A stretch of 56,325 nucleotides of DNA from a virus (lineage: Duplodnaviria; Caudoviricetes), in IMG/VR virus record IMGVR_UViG_3300031524_001649, positions 1 to 56,325 of that record; one strand, given 5' to 3'. Of this stretch, positions 45,380 through 55,278 are shown piece by piece. The translations under genes and the position numbers were made by a program. Positions within the stretch are counted from its first letter, which is position 1. Each line of letters starts with the position of its first letter. The notes under the pieces were generated by a model, which was not told where the DNA came from, did not search any database, and was given only the letters and a program-made list of their open reading frames with translations.

Positions 45380-45776
45380 ATTGCTGGACTCCCTCAAACT
45401 CGATTTCGATGGCCTGTAGCTCGCCGCGAGGCATGGGGGCAATCGCCGGCTGGGCCGCGTCGGGCGTATCAAACTCGAACGGGTTGTTGGTGAAGTTCCC
45501 CGCCCACACCCGGCCGTTGTGATCGGTGGCCTGCACCTTGGCGGCAAAGTAGGCGAAGATAAAGGCCCGCAGCTCCAGGGCTTTGTTCCGCGAGAGCCAG
45601 AAGGTCCACTTCAACTTCCGCCGTCCACCGCGGCGCTTCACATAGGTATAGCGCGTCCCGTCCATCGCCAGTTTGCGGCTCACGGTGTCCAGGATTGCTT
45701 CAGAATCGCTGAACTGCGGACTCGGCAAAAGCGTCGTGGTCTGGAGCGCCGGATAGGGGGCGGAGAACTGAAGCAT
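45372..45776 (-). CDS. Minor tail protein
   Basis: Resembles the C-terminal domain of 45785-47416 (SR....GT ... W.G...N ... EFEG). Confidence 0.6.
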   Translation of the reverse strand: MLQFSAPYPALQTTTLLPSPQFSDSEAILDTVSRKLAMDGTRYTYVKRRGGRRKLKWTFWLSRNKALELRAFIFAYFAAKVQATDHNGRVWAGNFTNNPFEFDTPDAAQPAIAPMPRGELQAIEIEFEGVQQYA

Positions 45777-45784
45777 CGCTGCAC

Positions 45785-47416
45785 CTACGTCACTAACTCG
45801 CCTTCAAACTCGAAACTCGCCGTGTACATGCCCCGCCCGTCCTGGGTCATGGGCTCCGAGGTGTTGGTAATCACGCCCGTCCACAGGCGTAGTTCCCAGT
45901 CCACGTAGCCGATTTCCAGGCCCAAATGCGTGGTCATAAAGTCCAACAGCCCGCGGGCCTCGGTCTCGTTCAAGCCGCTGAAGGTCAGCACTTGGGTCTG
46001 GACCTTGGGCCACAGCGGGTCGGCGAAAACGATCAACGTGCCGCCGCGGGTCTCCCGGCTGACGCGGTTGAATTGCAGCCGGTCCTTGTTGCCTAGTTCC
46101 GGTGAACGTAAGGTAACCCAATCGCTGTAGGGCGGTGCGGCTGGATAGACCAGCGTGCCCGCAGCCACGCCGGCTACCGGCGAATAGACCAGTGTCGCGG
46201 GCGGCGGCGTGGGCCAACCGGACGAAGGCGTCCCGATAAACGGGTGGTACCGCCACTCCCAATCCCGGCGGACCACGATGAAGGCGACGGCCTCTTCCAG
46301 CGACAAAGGCGACGAGGCCGACACGTTCCGAACACCGGTGACCTGAGCCACGTCACCCAACGTCAGGGCATCTCGTAGCGCCTTGACCGCCACAGCGGAC
46401 GCCGCATCGGCCAGCAACAGCGCGCTGGCCGCCGCAGGCACCTGATTCCGAGCCGCCGCAGACGTGAACACCAGGGTGTCGGAGGCCGCGGCGGGAATCG
46501 CCGCCGCGCGAATCACGATCCCTACGGCCTGCTCGCCGAACGACAACAATTGGCCCGCCGTGCGCGCCTGGCCAGGCACCAGGGCGGCCGAGGCCGTGTC
46601 CTGGAGCCCGACGACATAGGCGATTGCTCCGGCCGCCGGATCGTAGCTATAACGGGTCTGCGATAACAGGTCGCCGGCCGAGGCGTAGATCGGTCCGATG
46701 CAGGTGGCCTGATCTTGGAGCGTCGCCAGGATGTCGAGACACGACACCGACGGCTTATGCACCACATGCGCAGTGATCGCCGCTTGGTCGGCAAGCGCCA
46801 ACTGCGACTGGACTGTCACATTATGGATCGTGGCCCTGACATAGCCCGGGGCCAAATCGGTCAGGCTCAGTGCGTCAGTACGCCGGCACGCCAGGACGAT
46901 GTTCCGGCTGGCCGTGTCGGCGAGCGCCAAGGTGTCAACGAGGTGCTTGGTCTTCTCGACCGTGGCCGTGTCCGCAAGCGACAACGCAATAAACGACACC
47001 TGGCACAGGTTGACGGTCCCCGACTGCCCCAGGCTGAGGCTGTCGGCTGCGCTGCAAAGTTTCGGCCTGGTCCTTGAGCCAACCGACGCATCCTGCACGT
47101 TGAGGCTGTCAATGGCCCGATTGCGCTTGGTGCCATTGCACAGGTTGCTGTCGGCAAGATTCAAGGCGTCCTGAATCTTGCAGGGGATCGGCGTCAAATG
47201 GGCCGTGTCCGTGAACGTCAGCGCGTCGGCTGCGGCAACATTATGGATGCCGCTCGGGGGAGCCGTATTGGAGATCAGGTACTCGACGTACTGTCGGCTG
47301 ACCCGGGCCTTGCCGCTTCCCGTGGCCAGCACCTCGGCGACCTGCCGCGTGACCCGCACCTTCCCGGCACCCTGGACGAGCGCCTCTGCGTATTGTCGAG
47401 TGGCGCGGAGCGTCAT
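45785..47416 (-). CDS. Tail fibre-like protein with D.L.L.D.A repeats
   Basis: Repeated DALTFTDTA / DTLALADTA / DALSLTD motifs. Confidence 0.65.
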   Translation of the reverse strand: MTLRATRQYAEALVQGAGKVRVTRQVAEVLATGSGKARVSRQYVEYLISNTAPPSGIHNVAAADALTFTDTAHLTPIPCKIQDALNLADSNLCNGTKRNRAIDSLNVQDASVGSRTRPKLCSAADSLSLGQSGTVNLCQVSFIALSLADTATVEKTKHLVDTLALADTASRNIVLACRRTDALSLTDLAPGYVRATIHNVTVQSQLALADQAAITAHVVHKPSVSCLDILATLQDQATCIGPIYASAGDLLSQTRYSYDPAAGAIAYVVGLQDTASAALVPGQARTAGQLLSFGEQAVGIVIRAAAIPAAASDTLVFTSAAARNQVPAAASALLLADAASAVAVKALRDALTLGDVAQVTGVRNVSASSPLSLEEAVAFIVVRRDWEWRYHPFIGTPSSGWPTPPPATLVYSPVAGVAAGTLVYPAAPPYSDWVTLRSPELGNKDRLQFNRVSRETRGGTLIVFADPLWPKVQTQVLTFSGLNETEARGLLDFMTTHLGLEIGYVDWELRLWTGVITNTSEPMTQDGRGMYTASFEFEGELVT

Positions 47417-47417
47417 G

Positions 47418-48443
47418 TCAGCCCACCTCCACTCCAAACTGGACGGCGTTGATCGCCGCGGCCGACCACGCGCTGCCGGTATTGGGGTCTGTCTCGCTGA
47501 TCCGCGTCGCGGTCACATAATTCGTCAACACGATCGCCTGGGCCGCGCCCGCACTCTCGGTTCCCCCAGACTTGATCTGCGTCTTTACGTTAAAGGTATT
47601 GAGGTCCGTGTCGCGGCAATCGGTGTTGATCTGGACGCCCACGATCGCGCCCACCGTGGGCAGCGACCCGTAGTGCCAAAGCTCTTCCTGACCCGTCGTC
47701 ACGCTTTCCAGGTAGGTGGCGTCGTCGTTGGCCGGATTCTCATTGACCATCGTATAATGGTCCCCGGAGCCGCTGGGCGTCCATTGGGACTGGTCGCCAG
47801 CCGCATTGGGGAAGATCGCCAAGACTTTCACGTTGCCGAGGAAGTCGTTGTTGGCGGACCCGCTGCCATCGCAGACGTAGAAATCGTCGAAGAAGGGGAC
47901 GTAACCAAAGGCGATCGCCAGCTTGACGATGTTATGGTAGTTGTCCGAGCCCGCCTTGGTGTTCCCCGTGTAGCTGAACACGACCTGGCTACTGCTCCGC
48001 ACCACAATGGAGCCGGCCGCAGCGTCACAGACAACCTTCAATTCGAGGTACGCCCAGAAGCCCAGCCGCACCTGTGCCCCCGAGGTGGTGCCGAGGTGGG
48101 TGCTGCCCAAGTACACGTCCAGTTCCGTGCTCCCGGGCGTGTAGGTAAGGTTGACGCCCAGGGTCGAGTTATCCATGAAGCCAATCACCGGCCCGGGGGC
48201 AGTGTACGGCTGAAAGCCGATGCCCGCGATCAACGTATTGCTGGTGGTAAGTGCCGGGGTGTGAATTTCCCAGGAACCGGAGGTCGGTTGAATGCCCCAG
48301 CCGCCCGTGCGGCCTAGCACTAGCTGGCAAGAACTGGCGGCGTTGGAGTAAGCGTAGCGGCGCGCCAGACAGTCGCTCGGCAACACGCTGTTGAGGTTAC
48401 CGGTGCCATAGCCCTCGAACCCGTCGATCCATAATAGCGCCAT
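47418..48443 (-). CDS. Virion/tail protein (lectin-like), paralog of 48530-49561
   Basis: AAAGGTG RBS; MALLWIDGFE...QFGVEVG. Confidence 0.7.
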   Translation of the reverse strand: MALLWIDGFEGYGTGNLNSVLPSDCLARRYAYSNAASSCQLVLGRTGGWGIQPTSGSWEIHTPALTTSNTLIAGIGFQPYTAPGPVIGFMDNSTLGVNLTYTPGSTELDVYLGSTHLGTTSGAQVRLGFWAYLELKVVCDAAAGSIVVRSSSQVVFSYTGNTKAGSDNYHNIVKLAIAFGYVPFFDDFYVCDGSGSANNDFLGNVKVLAIFPNAAGDQSQWTPSGSGDHYTMVNENPANDDATYLESVTTGQEELWHYGSLPTVGAIVGVQINTDCRDTDLNTFNVKTQIKSGGTESAGAAQAIVLTNYVTATRISETDPNTGSAWSAAAINAVQFGVEVG

Positions 48444-48529
48444 GATCGCACCTTTTTTGGAGCCGCTGCCAAAACTGTCCCGCTGCCAGCCCAGTGACCG
48501 TGGGAAACCAAGGTTGTGTTCGATCTCCT

Positions 48530-49561
48530 TTAGGCCAGTTGCACGCCGAATTGGGCCTCGGCCAGCGCCGTGGGCGTCCAAGGGGAGCCCGTGTTGGGAT
48601 CAGTTTGGCAGACCCGCGACTGCGTTAAATACGCCATACTACCGATCACCTGCGGTGTGCCGGCACTGGTGGCCGTGCCCGATTTAATCAACGTCTTGAG
48701 GCAGAAGTTCTCGGCGTCCGTCTCGCGGCAGTCCGTATTGACCTGAATCCCCAGCACTGAGGGGCAAGACACCGGGTCTTGATAATTCCAGAGTTCCTCC
48801 GCACCCGACTGGTCGGTCTCGACGTAGCTGGCGTCGCTGTCCAGGGGATTTTCATCGACGTATCCATAGTGGGCACCGCCACCGCTGCCGGTCCATCCAG
48901 CCGCGTCTCCGGCGGCGTTGGGCAGCAGGAGGCCCACCTGCACGTCGCCGAGGAAGTTGTTGTTCACAGTGTCGCTATTGTCGCAGACGTACCAGTCGTC
49001 ATACGTCGGTATCCAGCCACCGGCTGCCGCCAGCGCGACGACATTATGGTAGTTGTCGGGACCGGCCTTGGTATTGACACCGGTAAGTGAGAGCTTCGTT
49101 ACGCCACCGACCCGGACCTCGACCGTGCCGGCCGTGGCATGACACTTGACCTTCACCTCGACGTAGGACCATGTGCCTTGCGCCAAGCCGGCCCCGCTGG
49201 TCGTTCCCAGCAGGGTGTAGTTGTATCCGCAGTAAACCTGTATTTCGCCACTACCGTTGTAGTTGAACGATACGCCCAGGGTCGGGCCATCATAGAGCAA
49301 GAGGATCGGGCCGCCGTTGTAATACGGATTGATTCCCAGTCCGCAAATGAGGGTGTCAGCGGCCGTCAACGGTGCGGTACGGATGGTGAAGGTACCGCTG
49401 TCGCCCCGCATGGCGTAGCCGCCCAGGCGGCCGGCACAAATGATGTTCCACTGCGGCACGACGCTGTATGGATACTTGCCGGCCAAGTAAGTTGTGGGCG
49501 TTGACTGACTACCAAGACTAGTGCCCAGGGCCTCAAAGCCTTCAATCCAGAGTAGCGCCAT
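48530..49561 (-). CDS. Virion/tail protein (lectin-like), paralog of 47418-48443
   Basis: GAGG RBS; MALLWIEGFE...QFGVQLA. Confidence 0.7.
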   Translation of the reverse strand: MALLWIEGFEALGTSLGSQSTPTTYLAGKYPYSVVPQWNIICAGRLGGYAMRGDSGTFTIRTAPLTAADTLICGLGINPYYNGGPILLLYDGPTLGVSFNYNGSGEIQVYCGYNYTLLGTTSGAGLAQGTWSYVEVKVKCHATAGTVEVRVGGVTKLSLTGVNTKAGPDNYHNVVALAAAGGWIPTYDDWYVCDNSDTVNNNFLGDVQVGLLLPNAAGDAAGWTGSGGGAHYGYVDENPLDSDASYVETDQSGAEELWNYQDPVSCPSVLGIQVNTDCRETDAENFCLKTLIKSGTATSAGTPQVIGSMAYLTQSRVCQTDPNTGSPWTPTALAEAQFGVQLA

Positions 49562-49635
49562 GGCACGCCTCACACAAGAACGGGGCCGGGCCAGCCACAA
49601 GACGCCGGCCCAGCCCACGAGGGAGAACACCCAAA

Positions 49636-50211
49636 TTACGCGCTGACGGTGTAGGTGACCTTCAACTGGTCGCCGTTGGCCACGGTCACGGTGCCGCTGG
49701 CGAACTGGGCCTCGGCCCACAGCGTCCCGCCACCGCTGTGATCGTTCTTCGTGCTGGGGGCCGAGCCGCCGCCGACCAGGAACAGGCCGTAGACGCTTCC
49801 CGAGCCATTGATGTCGAAGACCGCGGGGCTGGCGTTGGTGACAGATTGGGCGGTGGACGTGCCGTTTCCCCACCCCAGCCGCGTGGTCTCGGTGAAGGCC
49901 ACGAACTCGTTCCAGCCGTTGGTGCCGCCGATCTGGGCATACGTGTCGCCCGCCGCCAGGGTCGGCGTCCCCGAGCCGTCAATCAGCCCGATGAACCACG
50001 CCGTAATGGGCGTGGCGGAGTTGAACATCACGTTGAAGAGCTTGTTCTTCCCCTCGTTGACGACGGAGTTGGGGAACTCGTACTGGCCGATCTTCTGGCC
50101 GTTGCGGAAGTGCTCGACCACGAACCGGCCGCGGGGCTGAAGATGCTCTTCGCTAGCGCGGGCACGGACCATCGAGCAGCCCGCCGACTGCTGAACTCTC
50201 ATGTTGTCCAT
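49636..50211 (-). CDS. Virion structural protein
   Basis: N.VVNEGKN..W.IGL..GDQLKVTYTV pattern typical of tail-associated proteins. Confidence 0.7.
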   Translation of the reverse strand: MDNMRVQQSAGCSMVRARASEEHLQPRGRFVVEHFRNGQKIGQYEFPNSVVNEGKNKLFNVMFNSATPITAWFIGLIDGSGTPTLAAGDTYAQIGGTNGWNEFVAFTETTRLGWGNGTSTAQSVTNASPAVFDINGSGSVYGLFLVGGGSAPSTKNDHSGGGTLWAEAQFASGTVTVANGDQLKVTYTVSA

Positions 50212-50283
50212 TGGATTTCCTCTCAAGAAATGAAGCGGGCCGCTGGAAGCGGCCCACGAATAGCTCAGCCGGCTTGCACGGCG

Positions 50284-53200
50284 TTACAGGATCGAAGTGC
50301 CGCGGCGCAACTCGCGCCGCAGTTCGTTGGCGATGGACCGGGCTGTCTGCCGGCCGGTCCCGCCCCCCTGGACTGTCACGTTGATGTCGCCGACGTTGGT
50401 GACGTGGCCGCCCTGGCTGTGGTAGGACGGCTTCACTCCGGCGTTCATCGCCGTAAGCTGGCTGGAAAAACGGCGGGTCGTCGCCGCGCTCATCACCATC
50501 TCCCCCGGCGAGAGCATCGCCGGGATTACGTCCGTACCCTGCGGGCGTCCGCCGCCCGCTAGGAAGACCGTGCCTCCGTGCGCCGCCGTCAGTTTGCCGC
50601 CGCCCATGCCGGGCGGCTGCACGCTGGCCGCGGCTGCGGCCAGGTTACTCATGGCGTCAACGGACGCTTGGATCGTCGCCAGGAACGACTGCATCGCGCT
50701 GTTGCCCGCGCCAATCGCGGTAGTCGTCTGCGAGAACTTGTCGGTCACGTCCTGGACTTGCCGACCGGTATTGGGCACTGCCTGCTCCAGGCGGTTCATG
50801 CCCTGGGTGGATTGCTGGATTTGCTGATCCAGGTTGGGGAACTTCGATTGAATCCCCCGCACCCGCTCGGCGTAGTCGAACATCTCCTTGAGCGTTTTGA
50901 GGTTGGCTTCCGTGCTACCCATGTTTAGGTCCAGCGACCAGGGCATGTTCTTCTTCAGGTCTTGGACCTTCTTCATCAGTTCTTCCATGCCTTTGGCGTC
51001 GATCTGGAAGGGGTGCGACCGCATCTGCGAAATCGTCTCGTTGATCTCGCGGAATCTCTTGGCCGCCACGTCCAGGTCAGCCTTGCCCGTGGTCCCGAAC
51101 ACGCCGGCGAGCATGTTTGCGCCGATCTTGAGCGCCTGGAACACGCCAACGGCGTCGTCCTTCTGGACTGCCATGTTGCCGGCGATCTGCCGCTGGCGGC
51201 TCTCGATCTGCGCCAAGGCGTCGTGCTGGTCGTCGTAGGCTTGCTTGACTTCCTTGCTTAGGGTGCGCTGTCGAGACAACGACTGCTCGGCTGTATGGAA
51301 CTGCTCCTCCATCGACTTGCCGGCCAGTTTGGACGGGTCGCCGACGAAGACATCCAGGTTGATCTTGCCCAGGCCGGTGGTAATCCGCTGGTTCAACTCC
51401 GCGAGTTTTCCGGGGGCCACGAACAGGTCGCGGATCTCGGCCTTGGTGACCGCCCCCTCCATCGTCTCCCGCATCTTGCGTTTCATGGCGTCGAAGTTGA
51501 GCCAGTCGGAGACCTCCCACTTCTTGCCCGCGAACATCAGGTTTTGGAATTCCCGCAAGTCCTGTTTGGTCTTGGCGATGGCCTTCTCGCGGTCCTCACC
51601 GGCGAGGGGCTGTCCCTTCTTGTCAAACAGGTCCATTTGCTTGGCCACGTCCTTGGCCAGTTCCCGCATCCGAGTGACGCGCCGTTCCTCGTCGGCCGCG
51701 GCCTTGGCCGCCGCCTGGGCCTGCGATTGCCGATTGGCCTGCAAGGTCTTCTGCGCGTCCAGTTGGCTGCGCAGCACCCACTCGATCGCCCGTTCGGCAT
51801 CCTCCTCGCCGAGCGCATCCTTCCGCCGTTGGGCAAGCGACATCGACTCCTGCGCAAACGCCTCAGCCCGCTTGTAGATGCTCTGCGCCACGTCGGTGTC
51901 TTGGGGCGTCTTGGCCTTGGACATCTGCTCTTGGGCCTGGTGCGCCAATTGAAGGGCGCGATTGGCGTAGTCTGCCTGCTGGTCCCAGCCGCCCTTTCCA
52001 TGCGTCTCGTTGAAGCGAAACTGCGTATCGGCCAAGGTGCCGGAGATTTCCTTGCTCCGCTTCACGGAATCCGTGACGGCCCGCTCGGCTTCCTGAGCCA
52101 GGTTCCGCAGGACGTGGACTTCCTTCTCCGCCTCTTCCACGATCTTGTTCATCGTGGCGTGCGAATCGTCCGTCAGCCGCTTGTTGTCCCCTTTGGTGTC
52201 GTCCACCATTTGGAAATAGGCTTTGCGCTGCGCGGCCAGGGCTTGGTTCGCCCGCTGGACGATGGCCTGGTTCGCGCGGTCCTCTTCCTCGATCCGCTGC
52301 TGGGCGGCAGCCCGGACCATTTCCAACCGCTCGTTCTCCGCGTTGCGGAAATCCTCTTCGACCTGACGGATGCTCTGGATGATCCGGGTGTTGGCGAAAT
52401 CGAAAGCGGCGTAAGCCGTCAGCCCCACCAGTAGGCCATTGACGGCAAGCCCCAAGGGACCGAGCCCCAGGGTGACCAGCCGGGCGCTCATCGCCATCGC
52501 GCCCATTGCCACGGCGAAGCCTCCAAAGGCGGTCACGGCCGCGCCCAAAACGGGCACCAGTGCCTTGATGACCGCGCCGAGGGCATCCGCGCCGCCAACA
52601 AAGCCCAGGAATTGATTGACCGCCTGGACGATCGCGGCCCCCAGGTCCGTTGTCAGGAAGGTCTTCAGCTTGTTCATCTCGGTGAGCGTCTTCTGCGCGT
52701 CGCTGTCGATGAACAGCTTGTACTTTTCGTTGAACGCCGCCACCGTCATTTCGTGGAGGTGTTCCAGGGAGTCGGCCGTCCGCTTGCCGTCCTCGTCCGT
52801 CTCGCGCAGGGCACCGCTGATCGCCCGAACGTTGGGGATCAACTTGGCGAAGGCCGCCATGTTCTCGTCCGTGCTTTCGCGGAGCGTGAGCAGCGCGCCC
52901 TCCAGGCCCAGGGCGGCGATCATTTGCGGGCCGGACTCGAAGCCCAGGCTCCGCAGTTCCTTCGACAAGTCCTGGGAGGGCTTTATCAACGCCATCATGG
53001 CGGATCGGAGCGCCGTGGCGGCCTCGGCCGGCTTCACGCCAGAAATGGTCAGCGTGACCATCATGGCGTTCAGCTCGTCCAGCCCCACGCCCAATTCGCT
53101 CGACACGGCCGTCACGCGACCGAGCACCGAGGCCAATTCCTCGCCCCGCACGCGGCCGACCTGGATCGTCCCAAAAAACTTCGCCGCCACTTCCTCCGCC

Positions 53201-53970
53201 TGGCTGGAACTCATGCGGTAGGAATTGAGCGTCCCGGCGACCAAGTTCACCGCCGCGCCGGCGTCCATCACGGCCACCTTGGAGAGCTTGAAGGCCGCCG
53301 TGAGCACTTCGGCCTGTTGTGCAGTAGAGGTGAACTGGTTGGAGATCGCCTGGTACTGGGCCTCCGCGACCTGGGCCAGCGGGATGTTGAACTGCCGGGA
53401 CAACTCGGCCAAGTGCTGCGAGATCGAATCGAGGCTCGTGCCCACGCCCGGCGCAACGGACTGGATCTCCGCCACGCGGGTCATAAATTGCAGATTGGAG
53501 TCGAATGCCTCGTGCATCGCGTCGCGCATGGCACTGAGCGCGCGGACGATGGCCTGGGTCATTACGACGCGGCTTAACGTCTCCCACGAGACGACGAAAT
53601 GGGCCGCCGCCTTGTCGGCATCCTCGATCGGTGTCTTGTCGATCTGCGGTGTGACCTTCGGCACTTGCGTCGGCGTGACCGCCGGGACCGGTTGGCCGGG
53701 CGTTTGTCCTGGGGTGGCCGGACCGGCGGCCGGCTGGGCGCTAAAGGCCGAGGCCAGCTTCGCCATCGCGGCGGCGGCCGAGGTGGCATTGGACGCAATA
53801 TCCTTGAGGATTTGCACCGTCTCGGCGGCCTTGGCGTTCCACGTCGCCATTGCGTCGCCCACGGAGCCCAAACGGGCCTCGAAGCTGCCCAAGGCGCTGT
53901 CCATCTTCGCCAGCGCATCGAGTGCGGCGGAGGCGTCGAAGCCCAGACTTTGGACAATTTCATCCGCCAT
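50284..53970 (-). CDS. Tail tape measure protein
   Basis: 1228 aa, Ala-rich helical; TP901-like core; C-terminal GTDVIPAMLSPGEMV. Confidence 0.9.
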   Translation of the reverse strand: MADEIVQSLGFDASAALDALAKMDSALGSFEARLGSVGDAMATWNAKAAETVQILKDIASNATSAAAAMAKLASAFSAQPAAGPATPGQTPGQPVPAVTPTQVPKVTPQIDKTPIEDADKAAAHFVVSWETLSRVVMTQAIVRALSAMRDAMHEAFDSNLQFMTRVAEIQSVAPGVGTSLDSISQHLAELSRQFNIPLAQVAEAQYQAISNQFTSTAQQAEVLTAAFKLSKVAVMDAGAAVNLVAGTLNSYRMSSSQAEEVAAKFFGTIQVGRVRGEELASVLGRVTAVSSELGVGLDELNAMMVTLTISGVKPAEAATALRSAMMALIKPSQDLSKELRSLGFESGPQMIAALGLEGALLTLRESTDENMAAFAKLIPNVRAISGALRETDEDGKRTADSLEHLHEMTVAAFNEKYKLFIDSDAQKTLTEMNKLKTFLTTDLGAAIVQAVNQFLGFVGGADALGAVIKALVPVLGAAVTAFGGFAVAMGAMAMSARLVTLGLGPLGLAVNGLLVGLTAYAAFDFANTRIIQSIRQVEEDFRNAENERLEMVRAAAQQRIEEEDRANQAIVQRANQALAAQRKAYFQMVDDTKGDNKRLTDDSHATMNKIVEEAEKEVHVLRNLAQEAERAVTDSVKRSKEISGTLADTQFRFNETHGKGGWDQQADYANRALQLAHQAQEQMSKAKTPQDTDVAQSIYKRAEAFAQESMSLAQRRKDALGEEDAERAIEWVLRSQLDAQKTLQANRQSQAQAAAKAAADEERRVTRMRELAKDVAKQMDLFDKKGQPLAGEDREKAIAKTKQDLREFQNLMFAGKKWEVSDWLNFDAMKRKMRETMEGAVTKAEIRDLFVAPGKLAELNQRITTGLGKINLDVFVGDPSKLAGKSMEEQFHTAEQSLSRQRTLSKEVKQAYDDQHDALAQIESRQRQIAGNMAVQKDDAVGVFQALKIGANMLAGVFGTTGKADLDVAAKRFREINETISQMRSHPFQIDAKGMEELMKKVQDLKKNMPWSLDLNMGSTEANLKTLKEMFDYAERVRGIQSKFPNLDQQIQQSTQGMNRLEQAVPNTGRQVQDVTDKFSQTTTAIGAGNSAMQSFLATIQASVDAMSNLAAAAASVQPPGMGGGKLTAAHGGTVFLAGGGRPQGTDVIPAMLSPGEMVMSAATTRRFSSQLTAMNAGVKPSYHSQGGHVTNVGDINVTVQGGGTGRQTARSIANELRRELRRGTSIL

Positions 53971-53973
53971 TGG

Positions 53974-54462
53974 CTACACCTTGATCTTCGTACACTTCAG
54001 GCACGTAAAGGGATCGGGTAGGCGCAGGTTCTCCGCGAACTTTCGGAACGCCGCCTCCCCCTTCTTCTGAAAGTCGTAGGGGCCGGGTTTCTTGAGGTGG
54101 AAGCCCCATTGCGTGGCGTCTGCGACCTCGTTGATGCACAACCAAGGCAGCGTGGTTGAGTAATTGAAAACGTAGCGCCCCTTCATCGCGTCGGTTTCCA
54201 GAGAACCGCTGCTCTCCGCTGTCCCGCGACCGACGCGGCTGGGGGCCACCGGCGAAATCGGGATGTTGTACTCGATGTTGCGGGCGAGCGCCAGGAAGGT
54301 GGCCCGCGACGCGCCGCTCCACACCGGCACCTCGGCGATCACCGTCGCTTCCAACCACTCGACGATCGCCTGGGCAAGGGTTTCCCGCAGATGCTTGTCG
54401 AGCACCCGGCGGTACTTGTCCAAGTCGATGCGGGGTGCGCGAAGGGTGCCGGTGAACTTCAT
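53974..54462 (-). CDS. HK97 gp10-like neck/tail protein
   Basis: PVWSGASR motif; position in tail module. Confidence 0.5.
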   Translation of the reverse strand: MKFTGTLRAPRIDLDKYRRVLDKHLRETLAQAIVEWLEATVIAEVPVWSGASRATFLALARNIEYNIPISPVAPSRVGRGTAESSGSLETDAMKGRYVFNYSTTLPWLCINEVADATQWGFHLKKPGPYDFQKKGEAAFRKFAENLRLPDPFTCLKCTKIKV

Positions 54463-54478
54463 GGCCAGAAACCTCCGC

Positions 54479-54724
54479 TCATTCGACCGCGCCGGGCATC
54501 CTTGCCCCCAGCAGGCGAGCCTCCCGCTCGGACTCGTCGTAAGCCCGCGTCTGGTCGAAGGCCACGATCAGGGCTTGCGTCTGGACGCCGCAATCATCCC
54601 ACGCGGGCTTGACGCCCGGCGGCAGGATGCCTAGGCGCTCGCAGGCGCACCAGACGGAGTATTCGGCGGTGCGATGGGGAGGCCAGAGGATGCGACTTTC
54701 GCTGCCTCCCCAGCAAGAAAAACC
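54479..54724 (-). CDS. -1 frameshift extension of the tail assembly chaperone (gpGT-like)
   Basis: -1 frame stays open from the slippery site G-GTT-TTT (54718-54724) to the stop at 54479. Confidence 0.65.
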   Translation of the reverse strand, partial: GFSCWGGSESRILWPPHRTAEYSVWCACERLGILPPGVKPAWDDCGVQTQALIVAFDQTRAYDESEREARLLGARMPGAVE

Positions 54725-55155
54725 TCGCGGGCCTTCTTGAGCTTGGCCTCGTCGAGGCAATTGGCCTCCAAGACCAGGTTCATCACTCGCTGGCACTCGA
54801 TGTCGCTGAGGCCGCCGCCGCGGAGGTCCGTGGACCAGTTCTTCCACGTGCTGGGATCGGCCAGGTTGACCGTATCCCACTCGACGTTGCTGGGCTCCAG
54901 CGACTTGGCGATCATGTAGCCCAGCCGCTTCTGGCCCCATTCGGACATGACTTGCTGGTAGGTCGGGTCGTCGGCCAGCGGCACCCAGCCATCGCGGGTC
55001 ATCTTGCCCGGCGGCACCGGACGCGGGCAGAGGGCCTCGAACTCCTCCATGCTCGGCACGGGCCGGGCGCGGATCACAATCTCCTGGTCGCCGCGAGGCA
55101 GGACCAAGAACACTTCGGTGGGCAGGCTACTCGGGTCGATGCCGCCAATCTTCAT
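54631..55155 (-). CDS. Tail assembly chaperone (gpG-like)
   Basis: GAGGGAG RBS, start MKIGGID; between major tail and tape measure genes. Confidence 0.75.
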   Translation of the reverse strand: MKIGGIDPSSLPTEVFLVLPRGDQEIVIRARPVPSMEEFEALCPRPVPPGKMTRDGWVPLADDPTYQQVMSEWGQKRLGYMIAKSLEPSNVEWDTVNLADPSTWKNWSTDLRGGGLSDIECQRVMNLVLEANCLDEAKLKKAREVFLAGEAAKVASSGLPIAPPNTPSGAPASA

Positions 55156-55190
55156 AGGTTTTCTCCCTCGATAGATGCGAAAGACAAGAT

Positions 55191-55224
55191 CGGCAGCGCC
55201 GGCGCTCGGATGCCGGCGCTGCCG
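55191..55224 (-). terminator. 13-bp perfect hairpin after the major tail gene (terminator or processing site)
   Basis: CGGCAGCGCCGGC-N8-GCCGGCGCTGCCG; only a weak U-tract. Confidence 0.5.
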
Positions 55225-55278
55225 GCTAGTCGGGTGGCTAGCAAAACCGGCCATTTCAGAAAGAGGGCCGGGGAGTCG

